64,000 nt of DNA from Callorhinchus milii (lineage: Eukaryota). The stretch covers positions 77,254,001 through 77,318,000 of the forward strand of contig NW_024704742.1 in NCBI RefSeq assembly GCF_018977255.1, in the 5' to 3' direction. The notes beneath the pieces are model-generated. The model made no database searches. It was not told where the DNA came from and worked only from the letters and a program-made list of their open reading frames with translations. Position numbers and translations under genes: made by a program. This document shows, in pieces, positions 25,128-38,400 of this stretch (position 1 is its first letter; each line of letters starts with the position of its first letter).

Positions 25128-26465
25128 CTGCTGTGTGTGTGTGTGTGTGTGTGCGCTCTCTGCTGTGTGTGTGTGTGTGTGCTCTGCTGTGTGTGTGTGT
25201 GTGCTCTGCTGTGTGTGTGTGTGTGTGTGCTCTGCTGTGTGTGGGTGTGGGTGTGTGTGTGCTCTGCTGTGTGTGTGTGTGTGTGTGCTCTGCTGTGTGT
25301 GTGTGTTTGCTCTGCTGTGTGTGTGTGTGTGCTCTGCTGTGTGTGTGTGTGTGTGCTCTGCTGTGTGTGTGTGTGTGCTCTGCTGTGTGTGTGTGTGTGC
25401 TCTGCTGTGTGTGTGTGTGGGTGTGTGTGTGCTCTGCTGTGTGTGGGTGTGTGTTTGTGTGCTCTGCTGTGTGTGTGGGTGGGTGTGTGTGTGCTCTGCT
25501 GTGTGTGTGGGTGTGTGTGTGCTCTGCTGTGTGTGTGGGTGTGTGTGTGCTCTGCTGTGTGTGGGTGTGTGTGTGCTCTGCTGTGTGTGTGGGTGTGTGT
25601 GTGCTCTGCTGTGTGTGGGTGTGTGTGTGCTCTGCTGTGTGTGGGTGTGTGTGTGCTCTGCTGTGTGTGGGTGTGTGTGTGCTCTGCTGTGTGTGGGTGT
25701 GTGTGTGCTCTGCTGTGTGTGGGTGTGTGTGTGTGTGCTCTGCTGTGTGTGTGTGTGTGTGTGTGTGCTCTGCTGTGTGTGTGTGGGTGTGTGTGTGCTC
25801 TGCTGTGTGTGTGTGGGTGTGTGTGTGCTCTGCTGTGTGTGGGTGTGTGTGTGCTCTGCTGTGTGTGTGGGTGTGTGTGCTCTGCTGTGTGTGGGTGTGT
25901 GTGTGCTCTGCTGTGTGTGGGTGTGTGTGTGTGTGCTCTGCTGTGTGTGTGTGTGTGTGTGTGTGCTCTGCTGTGTGTGTGTGTGTGTGGGTGTGCTCTG
26001 CTGTGTGTGTGTGTGTGTGCTCTGCTGTATGTGGGTGTGTGTGTGCTCTGTGTCTGTGTGTGTGTGTGTGTGTGTGCTCTGCTGTGTGTGTGTGTGTGTG
26101 TGCTCTGCTGTGTGTGTGTGTGTGTGCTCTGCTGTGTGTGTGTGTGTGTGCTCTGCTGTGTGTGTGTGTGCTCTGCTGTGTGTGGGTGTGTGTGTGCTCT
26201 GCTGTGTGTGTGTGTGTGTGGGTGTGCTCTGCTGTGTGTGTGTGCTCTGCTGTGTGTGTGTGTGTGTGTGTGCTCTGCTGTGTGTGTGTGCGCTCTCTGC
26301 TGTGTGTGTGTGTGTGTGTGTGTGCTCTGCTGTGTGTGTGTGGGTGTGTGTGTGCTCTGCTGTGTGTGTGTGGGGGGGTGTGTGCTCTGCTGTGTGTGGG
26401 TGTGTGTGTGCTCTGCTGTGTGTGGGTGGGTGTGTGTGTGCTCTGCTGTGTGTGGGTGTGCTGTG
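25077..26465. repeat. 1.4-kb compound satellite [GCTCTGCT(GT)n] with occasional GG variants
   Basis: Dozens of GCTCTGCT cores separated by variable (GT)n tracts; followed by a purine-rich GA/CA tract to about 26870. Confidence 0.98.
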
Positions 26466-27629
26466 ACTCGGTAAAAGTTCGATCAAAATGTGCGAAAAAA
26501 GAGAGACCCGGAGAGAAACAGAAGGACAGACAAAGGGAGTCAGAGGGACAGAATAAGAGACGGACGAGGAGTGACAAAAGAGTGAATAACGGAGAGATAC
26601 AGATGGGAATCATGTGCACATAAACAAAGAAGGAGATTCAGACAGACACACAGCTAGAGACCAAAAAAAGACACAGACAAACAGACGCACAGAGAGAGAT
26701 ATAAAGAAACGGAGGATCAGATACAGACACAAAACAAGACAGAGAGAGACACAGAGGGACAGAAACGAGACAGAGAAAGAATCAAACAGCCAAATACAGA
26801 GAGGCAGTGTAGAAAGATAGACATGCAGGCAGGCACAGTCACACAACCAGACAGTTAGACAGGGAATGGCAAAGTAATAAATGGCAGCAAAGTACACGAT
26901 GATATCATAAGGTATGAAAGCAAAGTTTCAGCACTTTACGACCCCTCAGCAGAATCCAAGCTCGATTTATAGCCTTTTAACTCAATGACAGCTATTGATT
27001 GCTTCATATAAAATGTTGCATTTTTAAAAGTGATGTTTACTTTCAGGTTTTCATATTATTACGTAGCAGATACATAGGAGAAGTGGTGTGACTTAAATAA
27101 TAGGGTAATAAAGCTTGCAGTGGCACACAGGGTTTGGCGAATACAGCTTCCTGTGAGTGGTCTTGGAGAATATTTTTACTGGTTAAAAAAAAGTACTGTA
27201 CGCTGTATATACTGTAGTGCATAGAATAGCACATAGCATGGCACAGAAACTTTTTGTTTCTGTGAATGAAAAGGTGGATTCAATGCAATAGATATATTTA
27301 AGAATGAGTCAACTGAGAATATATTTCATATACCATACTAGGGAATGTTCTTTGTTTTTGCTCCTTTTAAATGCTGCAATTTAAAAAATATATATATTAT
27401 AAGTAATACCCCTTGTATTTGATATAGTAGTTTCACGTGAAAGTGCTTCACATGATTTACTGTAAAGTGTAACGACTGAATTGGTAGGCGAATTATTATA
27501 TTAAAAAAGCCACGATTAGAAATACCTTGCATGTCTTGATGGAATTTGTGCACATTCGCACATTTTCTTTCCTCCTGAAAGTGTTGATGCATTCATTCTA
27601 GGGTGTGGCAAAATAAACACTCGTTTTCC

Positions 27630-27950
27630 AGTATTCTCCCAAGTGGTCATTCTTCACGTTTGAACCTAGATGGTGACTGTCAGCAGGTTTTTGACAGTAA
27701 GGAGCATCACAGCTGAGCCCTCGCTTGCCCTCACCAGACATTCACACACATGCACATTACTGCAGGAGGTCACTAGACTGTAATCGGGAGTGAGAATCCT
27801 GGGTGATTCTTGTCATCTTTAGCCCAAATGTCCTGAGGGCAATTGTGGTGCCTCTGCCATCGCCCAGGTTGTCATCAGTTACCTTGCGCAGACTGCCAGC
27901 TGAGCTCGAGGTTTCTGGGTCCCTGTGATTCAGTTTCACAGTGGACAATG
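27630..27950 (-). mobile_element. Ancient SINE resembling AmnSINE2/MamSINE1
   Basis: Reverse complement reads ...gcaccacaattgccctcag...ccaggattctcactcccgattacagtctagtgacctcctgc...gtgcatgtgtgtgaatgtctggtgagg...ctcagctgtgatgctcc...gaagaatgaccacttggg, resembling the recalled consensus. More decayed copies lie near 700-850, 20980-21270 and 42140-42350. Confidence 0.6.
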
Positions 27951-28147
27951 ACTTCAGCAATCTATGAACAGATTTTAATCTAATTTAATGTAATGCAGCA
28001 GCACATAAAATCGTTTGTGTTTGACCTCATGTGCATATTCTTTTTAGTCAAGTCTTAGCACATCGAAATGTCTCAAAGCGCTTCATACACATTGGCTGTT
28101 AATTGAAGTGATTTTGATCATGAATACATGAAGTTAAAATAAATCAA

Positions 28148-28705
28148 TAATAATAATAATCCTTGAATTTGATAGAGCACCTTATCACATTTTTGAGATG
28201 TCTCAAAGTGCTTCACAGAATATACTATAAAGTAAATTGACTGTATATTTGTGGGCAAAACACAGCAGCCGATTGCGCACAACAGTGTCCGGCAAACAGT
28301 TGTGGATTGAGTGACCAATTTATTATTATTTTTTAAGGGATTAATTTCTCTGGAAAAGCGATTCGCCAATTGACTAACAACTGGGTTCCTCCTTACTGCC
28401 CGCAGGGGTATAGGAGGAGTACAGGTTCGTGCAGCTGGCATGGACTACTTCGGCCGCTTCTGTGTAATTCTATTAAGGCGAACAACAGCCATTGGAAGAG
28501 TGACCAAAACTCAAGGATTGTTGGCCAGGAAACGCCCTTCTCTGATAATGTCCTGGGATCCTTAATATTCATGTGAACAGGCAGATGGTACCTTGATTTA
28601 GTGTCTCATCCAAAAGACAATGCCTCTAAAAATTTAGTGTTCTCCTGGTACTGTGTTAGACTTTGAGCTCAAGTCTGAAATTGGGATCTTGACACCACAA
28701 CCCGT
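28148..28705 (-). mobile_element. Nested SINE fragments (long tRNA-Ala SINE body plus DeuSINE)
   Basis: Tail and body match 43580-43820; 28500-28700 matches the Deu domain and head of 14400-14630. Confidence 0.7.
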
Positions 28706-31049
28706 AATATTAATATATCTCTCCCCTGCCGCCCCCCGCCCCCCCCTCCATCACATCAGGCTGGTGATACCACTCAAGCCTGGCTTCTCCAGGGCTTTTG
28801 ACTGGCCTAGGAGTCACTTCCTTGTCCCGGGGGAAGGGGTAGGAATTTAGCCTCTGTGTGGTACCTCCCCACAACAGTGATCAGGACACCAGTCCTGGAC
28901 AACTGCTAGTGCAGCCTGCAAGCTGGAACTCTATGATATACTGAGCCAGGGCTCCACTGCATCACACCAATCATATAACCTTTCTGAAGTATTCCTAAAG
29001 TGTTGAATCAGACACAGTAGTTCCAGATCCTTCATCATCTTGGATGATTCGAATATATTCCCAATTACCAGTTTTACTACAACTGCTTTATTTCCAATGA
29101 AAAAAAATATACTCATAGTTTTTTTTTAATTCTTGAATTTCTTAGTATTCCATTTCCAAGGCGATAGTCCATAATGTTGACTTTATAAATTAAATGACTT
29201 AACTGAGTTGTTAAAAGTTAGTGAGTGTCAAATATATGAGAAATTATATTTTTAGTTGAAAATAAAATTATACCGTAAAATATTCTAACATGTACAATAT
29301 TTAGATATAGCAAATCTTCCAAAGAGCCTTAAAATTATTTCTATAAATGTCTTGTGATTTTAATTTGAGAAAATAGTTTTTTTTAAATATTATTATTTAT
29401 AATTTGTTTTATCTAAAATGTATATTATATTTTAATTACTTACATGTGATTATATATCATTTTATATTATATATAATAGATTTTTTTTAAAAAAACTAGC
29501 AATTTTCTCATAAATTAGAATAAATCTTGCAGGGGCCGCCATTGGTTGAATTTGCAACACAAAGTCAAGTTTTATAAAACTGCATTTTTGTGTAGATGAA
29601 AAGAAAGCTACTAACAGAGGTTTCCATTTTATATAAATCTCAAAAGACCATCAACGGCTGTGCAACATTTCTTTCAGTAAATCAATAAACATAGATAGGG
29701 CACTGTACATAAAAAAAGATCAATCACTGTCCCTTGTTCTCCTACTTGACTGTCTTGTGGAATGTCAAGAGGACCCTTTATACGTGAAACACTTTATATG
29801 ATACCATTATGCCTCATGTAAAGGGTTGATGCAGAACATTGTAAATGACAAATTGGTAATGAATTCAAGACAAGACATTCTAGCCATGAAAAGTATCCTT
29901 TAATGTGTGGAGTATTTGCCTTTGCAATTAAAATCGCAGAAAATGTACATTTGTCTGACCAACGGAATTGCTCATTTTACAATTCTTCCAGAAATATTTG
30001 TGATCATTAAAGCCTAAAATGTATTTTACTTTCTGTGATGCGTTTATCTACAGCAGAGGTAAAATACGTTTTCTGATCGCTTTCCACTATAATGTGCTCA
30101 TTGAATACTCTTCTCTTTGCACATTACTTTTCCCCAAATCCAAGTGGAATTAAAGGAATATTTAATATCTTTATTTATAATTACAATATTATTTTATCAA
30201 TGTATCAGAAGATGTAACTTGATATCAATAAGGCTGTGATATAGAAATATTGTCGTGTTGTTTCTCCCCAGTTTCCAAACTCCCACACTTTGCTTTCAAT
30301 GAGCAACAGAGATTGCTGGGGTCCAGCAATGAAACATTATGTTTCCATGCCGGACATATGGAGAAGGTGGCAGCCCCTGAGCAGTTGGACAGCCACCTTG
30401 GGATATATATTTTTAATATAAATATTTTTATTTTTGATACAAGATAGTATTGGTCTAACTTACTGTTGCAAGCCCCATCTTGGAAATATGCCTTTAGATT
30501 TAAAATATTATGCAGTACAGCTTTCACTCTGTAATGATGTGGATTTCCTTTTAAAACTACAAATGATCAGGTACCAAGGAAAATATACAAATAAAGAACA
30601 GAAAGGAGAGAAAGGAAATAATTGTGTTTTTTTTTAAAAAGCTAAACTATTGGAGTCATTTTTTATGGAATTTAATGAATATTAATTATTTAACATTTTA
30701 TTTCTTAAAAAAATATATGAATTCCTTGTTTGGGGATGAAGTACACCAATAAATAAAGCGATCGAGAACACATCCACAGGTATAGGGAAAATTGCTTTGC
30801 CATTCAAAATAATAAATGATTCCTATGTAAATTTATAGCAAAGAAGCAAATGCGATTTAAAATCCACAGCATTATTGGTATGAAATAATTATCGTACTTC
30901 ATAAGCCAATATTTACAGTTCACGTACAGGAGGTTGCATGTGCAAATTAACACAGAATCTAAATATACCATGAAAACGTGTGTGCAGAGTTGCAGAGAAG
31001 TTACTGCCAAGAATCCTATCTGCTTTACTTCTATTTTAAAACGGCACCT

Positions 31050-34000
31050 AACTGGATGATAGCACATGTTTAGTCAGGGAACGCATAGAAAAACAAAACA
31101 AAAGATAAGGCAAATAAGCGCTCATTTCCACGTTGCATTTGTCCTTCCGTTGATCGTGGACCAGTTAGTCGCTTTGCCTGCAGTGCGGGTCAGTGCGCTC
31201 GTGTGGCGGCTCTTTCTCTGCGGAGTTCTCGGTTGCTGGAGCTGCTAAATGTGCGGGCTGGGGTCGCTACAGCTTCTTCAGCTGCTGCTGTTGTTGTTGC
31301 TGTTGCCCTCATCTTAAAAGCCGACTGTCTTCGCAGCCACTTCGTTTTCTTTGCAGCCGTTAAGCATTGCAAAGCGGTTCGCGGTGCTGAGCCGCGGGCT
31401 GCGGGCTGGCGAGTGACAGGGCACTGCAGCACTGGTCAGCAGCCCCTGCCTGCCAGCCAGGCACCCACCCACCCACCCACCCACCCTGCCCCACCCACCC
31501 ACCCACCCTGCCTGCCACCCCACCCACCCCTGCCTGCCAGCCACCCACCCACCCACCTGCCTGACAGCCACCCACCCACCCACCCACCCTGCCTGCCTGC
31601 CTTCCTGCAGCACGATTCTCCCTCCTTCCCAGCCCTTCATATCCACCCCACCAGCACATGCAGTCTGGAGGAGAGAGTGGTCGCAGTTAGGGGGAAATTC
31701 AGGAAATGCCTTCGAAATAAATCACGAGGCACCAGGGGATGTGTTTTTACTCCCTGTCCAACCTGCATCCCGCAAGGACGGGAAGCACCGCCACGCAGCG
31801 CACCCGCAGGAAAACCCATCGATAATGCCGTCTCTAATGTGTGTTTTTTTTCTTGAAAAGTTTTCGGGGGCGACTTAGCGGAGAAGCTGATCGCTCACGA
31901 TTGCGTTGCCCGCAATGCAACGTCGGGATCCGGTCCACCGGTGGCGTTGAAAAAAGTGCATTGAGAGAGCCAAAAGGAAAAGCGATCGAACAGTGTTATT
32001 TATTGATGGCTGATCGGGAGAGGGTTGGGGGTTTTTTTTTTATTCACCTTTAGCAGTCATCCGCAAGGACAGTCTTTGATGGACAGACGCGTGTTGTGTT
32101 GTGTTGTGTTGTGAATGGGACAAGTCATTGATTGCCAAGTGCCAAAGTACTGTCTGCCTTTTCATCGATAACCAAAAAAACATAAATAAATAAATACTGG
32201 CGGTGGGATTATAAGACACAGTTCACGCCAGGACAACTCTCTTATTAACAGCTGAGTTCTGGTTCAATCCCCACCCGCCACCCCTCTTTTTTCACCTTTT
32301 TTTTAAAAAAAACACCGAATAAAGAAAAGTTGCAAAGGGAGAAGAAAGTTGATTGAATTCTCTCCAGTGTAGGGGGTCTGGCGATGCGCATTTGCTAAAA
32401 CAAAACCCCCAGCAATATAATATATCCATCTTCCCCTTTGCTAACCCGCACTGGAATTGGCAACTTTACAATTTTGAATGTAAACACACACACACAAAAA
32501 AAAACCCTCCAGATTTATTTTCCCTCCATCTGACCGTGGAATGATATATATGTGTGTATAATATTGTCGCAACGTTAATTGGGAGTCAGCCAATTCCAGA
32601 TTCCGGCTTTTTTTTAAATTCCCCCCACCTCGAAGAAAAAAAAAGTTGCCAAAGAGCACCTGATCCTTCAGACAGAGCGAGTCGGTTCACACAGATGTGG
32701 CGGAGTCCGACTCTACAACACGGTGTTGCACTTAATGCTAAAAAAGGAACATCTGGAACAGGATTTTACAAAAGCCTCAGTATTGTGCGCTCCCTACTCT
32801 TCCTGTGTTTTATAAAGATGTGGTTATTATAGATAAGAATAATATAAAATATTATTATGTATGGACTGCCAATAGTTCTACTTAATACTCTTGTTGCACT
32901 GAATGCTATATCGATGTACTTATTTCGACACATGCACTGCAACGCATATCAATGTTGTCCTACTGTATAACGTGCGTTATTTATGTAGATTGTTGTATGG
33001 TGGGACCATTCACATGAGTGTTTAATCTCTCCAGATGCACTCTGCGTCTGTCGAGAAGTTCAATCCGCATTAACTCATTTGCAGATGAAATTGAAAGCGT
33101 CTTTTGCAATCACCACGTCTTCGGTTACTGGTTTTTATATTTATTTTTGCGTGGCCTCCCTCCCTCACTGCTTTTCCGCGAAAAAAAAACAGCCGAAATG
33201 GCTGTGATTCCTGTGGTGGCGATTGCAAAAGTCTTTGCGGGAACTTGGAAAGGCAAAAGCAAAAAAAAAAATGTGGAGGTGGAGGAGAAAGAAAGAGGAG
33301 GGAGGACAAAACCGAGAGAGAGAAAGGGAGAAGGAGTGATATCCGAGAGATGATCGGAATTTATATATTTTTTAAAAGAAGTACGAGAAGAAAGTGAGAG
33401 TCGTTTGGGTGGAAATGTAGTGTAGAGCTGCAGAGGATCGATCAGCGCCCGGTGTTGGCTCTCAGCAAACGGATGAAACACTGGGAAGGTGCGCTTCTCA
33501 ACCCCAGAAAAAGCCCAGGGTTTGCTTTAATGCAAAGCACGTGTTGGCAGCTCCCGACAAACTGCGTTTAAAGTAGTAAACAAGGACTGGAGGGAAGGAT
33601 TTCGCTGCATAATGTGTGGCATCCCCTTTGCCTGCTCTTGGTGATTGCGGTGGGGCCAGTGAGAGCGACCACAGCAGCTCCCCCCCCCCACCCCAGCCTC
33701 AGCGCCGGGTCTGCGGTCGCTGCTTTTGGAGTGAGTGAGTGAGAGTGAGAGTGAGTTACTGCGAACTTTAATGCACTCGTTAGACCTTTCCAACTGGAAA
33801 GACGGGGCATTTCCCCGGAGCTCTCGTGTCCGAGAGGCACCGCGTTTGTCGGTGCACAGAATCGGCTCAAACCGCACGTCCCCCACCGACCCCAACAAGT
33901 GGGAACAGAGGGTCCAGGACGCCAAGTAAATAGCACAAATGGGGGGGGGGGGGGGGGGGAGGTGATCCTTGTTGCCCTACCTTACCTACCCCCAAAACAC

Positions 34001-34300
34001 ACACACACACACACACAGGGAATGGGATCAGCCCCGCCTTAATGCTGAAGGGTTTAATCCATTTGCTGCTGAGGTTATAACATTATAATTATGAAGTGCA
34101 GATTTGCTGTGGTTGTTACTGTACTGCAGTCTCTGTGCAGAATCGCCCTCGGTATTGTGGATGTGTATATGAACCCTGGATGTTGCAGTGAGGGAAAGCA
34201 TTCCCACAGGCACAGAAACGCTGCTATCTTCTCGCCTGTCTCCTTATTCACGTGTTAATCGATCCTACTCCATATCAACACGTAACTTTTTTTTAAAAAA
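31050..34300. promoter_or_regulatory. Orphan CpG-island-like region about 20 kb upstream of NFIB exon 1
   Basis: Abrupt rise in CG dinucleotides and GC content relative to the very AT-rich 29-31 kb flank; no recognisable TE or coding exon. Confidence 0.55.
31446..31600. repeat. (CCAC)n/(CCTG)n compound repeat; (GGGT)n on the minus strand
   Basis: Directly visible. Confidence 0.95.
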
Positions 34301-37300
34301 AACTCCGCACAACGATAGAAACTTTTTTTAAAAAGAAACTCAGTGAAGGCTGTTTAGAAATCATCCTGTTCTTGGAGGAAGGCAAAACGTACATGCATAT
34401 GTCTGCCTCCTCCCAACCCCAAGGAGATAAAATGTCTGGATTTATCAAACCACTTTACCCCTCTCGTGATGTGTTTTTTTTGGGAGCGTTTTATTTCTGT
34501 GTTTGCATGTGCAATTTTAGATGTTATTTTCGCGGTAATCTATCTTTTATCGTTCCTTCCATGAGTTGCACAAGTAAGGTTATGTTCTCAAGTCCTCCCC
34601 CAGCTCTCTCTCTCTCGATGCTCTGACCTGGGTAGCTCGATACAGGAGGAGGTACCTATGAGGAGGTACCTGGACTCTTACATGGACACAGTGGGGAGCA
34701 AGAACTGGCTGAGTTGTTGGTGGAATTGAATTCATGTCCTGCAACCCCCCCCCCCACCCACACCAACATTGCACCACAGACCAGAAGCTCCATCCATCGA
34801 ACTGTTGTAAACAACTGTATATTGACCATGCCCAGCTGAGGTGCAATATACACGAGGTTGTATTAGATGACTCGCATCTATGCCGTTTCCACATCCGATC
34901 GATACTCAAAGTATGGTAGAACGATAGTTCACTGGCATCGATTCGTTGTCCAATTCTCTTCCCTCCTCATGAAATTTTCAGATCCGATGGGTATGCACAT
35001 TGTCACAGTAACCAGAGTACCAACGGATCCGGATCCAACCCCACTCCTGCACCAGCTCCAGCACTGTTACAATAATAATAATAATAATAATACATGTGTT
35101 TGGACCAGGTCAGAACTGCGATCGATTTTTTAAATTTGTTTTCAAAGCAGCCAATAAAGAAGGTGGACAACATGAATTAGTTTATAGAAAATGCAGCCCA
35201 AGGTGGAAGGGAAGTCAAGCCTGGACTCCCCATGGCATTAGATCACCAGCAGATCTACTTTCCACTTGACTTGGGTCAATAACCCCAGGGTTAATATCTG
35301 AATCGATCCATTCCAAATAGAAGAGGTGCAAATGGATAATGTGGCCCCAGTCTATACACTGGTTTGACTCTTGTCACACCAAACTGGGCCATAATAAACC
35401 CTGAGGTGTATCACATTGTTCCTCTCGCTTGTCTGGGGAGAGCAGGCTGGTCATTATCAAACCACAGATTTCTTACAGACTCCTGACAATAAACAGTATA
35501 ACAAAATAAGGTTTGTATTCAAGTTACAGCTGCCTGCAGTGCTTGTTGTCAGACTCGTACTGGTCCAGTGAAACCCGAATCCATGGATATCCGTAAAAAT
35601 GCCACTTGAAAAATAAAAACAACACAAAATAAACAAATCCTTTGTCCTGTAATTAGTTTTAATATATATGTGTATATATTTCTCAGTGAAATGTTAACTT
35701 GATCAACACATCTTCCACAATATAACACAAGTTTCTCTTTGCTTTGACCACAAAAGTTATTTTATTAACAAAGCAGTAAAAAATTATTTGGTCACTCAAT
35801 CCACAACTGTTCGTGGGACACCGCTGTTGGCTGCCACATTTTGCGCACAAAATACAGTCAATTCACTTTACAATTCAGGCTGTGAAGCACTTTGAAACAT
35901 CTCAACTCTATATCAAATTCAAGGATGATTATTCTAGTTACTAGTCATATGTACAATGTCCAAAATGCAAAACAAAGACATTTTTAACTGATTCTGCAGC
36001 ATGTTTAATATTTTAAGTGTAAAATAATTTGATTTAAAATTATTATTTTTATTGATTGTGGAGCAGTGAACATGGGGTTAAACAAAATGTCAGTCTATTA
36101 AAGCTTTTCTTTCATTTCCTGGCAACTCATCAGGATCCGTGTTGTTCAGCAGTAACAACAGCTTGCATTTATATAGCACTCTTCATGTCGGATAACGTCT
36201 CGGAGCGCTTCACAAAAAAACAAAATGCAACACTCTTGTTGATTTCAATTCAATTTTTTTTAAAAAAAAGCAATTTAGTGAAACAGTTTGAGATGGCGGT
36301 GACAGTGGGGTAAACGGGTATAATGAAAAACTTGCTAGGTGGCTGGATTTAGTGGCTGTCTCTGGCTCTTGGAGATGGAAACAATCTAATCTTGTTGCTA
36401 ATTCACGACTGTAGGCCACGGGCAGTACACTCTGGACTGCAAACCCAGAGACGCTATCTCAGTATAGAATTTACCCTATACTCAATGCTTTATTTAATCT
36501 CCTTCTTCAAGTATTGGCCTGCTCCCTCAATATAACAGTGCTCTCCATATTATTACAATAATAAATATTATTATTATTATTGGCAGGAGGATATCTCCAA
36601 GCATTTCACAGGATATTTTGAAAGCTAGTGCCAACTCTGCAAAACTGTATTCATATACATTGCCCTAACCTTCCTGCTCTGCTAACACTCTCTCCCGTAC
36701 AGTGATAGAAGTTTAGGCATTTTGCCCAAATGTGTTCTTGTGCCACCTTTTTAAATGATTTCTTGTAGTACCTTGAAAGCTCCATGTGCCTTGCTCAGTA
36801 AGTCCTTGTGAACGCAAATAAAAAAATAGAAACAGTTGTTCCCTTTTCTTCACTGGATGCATCTTTGTCTGGGGTCAGTGAGAGCATTCTGTTGTAATTT
36901 TCAGTCAACATGTAACCTTCATTAATTTGCAGTAGCTGTCAAGATTAATAGTAGTGATCCTACAGCGTTAATTTTCATAATGCACATATTCAATCTGAAA
37001 ACCAGGAAAATAAATCACATCTGTTTGTTTCCCTCAAGACTTCACAGTGATTTGTCCAAAACATCCAAACCATTTTTTTTACAAAAATCCAATCACTGCT
37101 GAGCGAGACTGCAATAGAATACAGTGTTTTTTAGAGCAATTTCAAGATACAAAAATAAACATACTGAGTGCATGTGGCTGTGTTAGTACAGCAAAGACAT
37201 TGAATTCAGCTCTCAGCACTTGCATCACTAATCTCCCAACACAAATCACTGGCAATGACTGATGGAACAAAATAGCCAATCACTCAGGTCAGCATTAAAG

Positions 37301-37789
37301 GTGACAAGTCATGTTAAATCCACTTGTACAGTACAATAGAACCATTAAGCAGAAAACCATTTAAAAATCCAAACCGTGACCATCACTATATTGGGATGCC
37401 TGAATGAAACTTTTAGGTGTTACATTTTTTTAAATAACAATATAATGGAATACACAAGCAGTTGTGGCATGCTGTAATGTTAGTGATTTAGGAAGTTGTG
37501 GTTGAAGGCAGTTCTGTTTGAAGGTAGTGGATAGAGACTGTGGCATGAAATGTGGCTTCAGTAATGCTAAACAAATAAAATGAGAAGATGGCCAAGGGTG
37601 AATTACAGCTATTACTCATAATAGCCTACTTTGGTTTTGGCCAACTAAATTGGTTTAACTGTATCTTGACTTCATCAATAGGCCCAAACCAACTGAGGAT
37701 CTAGTAAATCTTGAGAGGTCAATGTGGACAACCCAGTATTTTACAATGTATTCTGTGAATTTTACCATCTTCTTTAATGTTTCCTATCC

Positions 37790-38400
37790 CCTCTTAACAC
37801 GCATTCATAACATTGAGGGTCGACTACGCAAATTCCCTGCTTGTCGGTCTCCCCAACTATTCCCTCCATAGGCTGCAGATCATCCAGAACTCTGCAGCCA
37901 GTGTCCTCTTCCGCACCAGGCTCCGCAAGCCTATAGCCCCCACCCTCGCCCGCCTCCACTGGCTTCCCATCACAGAGGATACAGTTCAAGACCCTGTTCC
38001 TCAGCTTCAAAGCCCTCCATGGCTTTGCTCCCCACTACTTCTGCAACCTTCTAACCCCCTACCAACCTGCCCACTCGCTCCACTCAGCGAGCTCCAGCCT
38101 GCTTCACGTGCCCCGCCTCACCCAGCCCACCATTGGTGGACGGGCCTTCTACCACTCTGCCCCCCACCCTCTAGGACTCCATCCTGCAGTCCCTCCACCT
38201 CGCCCCCTCCCTTGCCTCCTTCAAGACCCATCCCAAGATGCTCATCTTCGACCGTGCATTTGGTCACCCTCCTTCCTCCCCTGCCCTCCACCCTCCCTGA
38301 TCCTGACCCCCAGCTCGGGTCCGAAACACTGATTGTCCAATGCCTTGGGATGTCATCCCGACATGAAAGGTGCTACACAAATGTAATTTTGTTGTTGTTG
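37790..38400 (+). mobile_element. 3' fragment of the same L2 family
   Basis: RVDYANSLLVGLP...RLQIIQNSAA...LARLHWLP; aligns by eye to 45500-46100 including cagctcgggtccga and the (TTG)n tail. Confidence 0.9.

Noticed and set aside
25077..26465. CRISPR-like repeat/spacer periodicity
   Set aside because: The repeat is only 8 bp, the spacers are (GT)n rather than unique, there are no cas genes, and the DNA is vertebrate.
24852..26623. 465-550 aa ORFs (poly-CV and poly-HT)
   Set aside because: Translations of the GCTCTGCT(GT)n satellite; open in five frames only because the repeat lacks stops.
31203..31856. 217-aa Pro/His-rich ORF
   Set aside because: The core is the (CCAC)n repeat, the start is GTG rather than ATG, and there is no recognisable homology.
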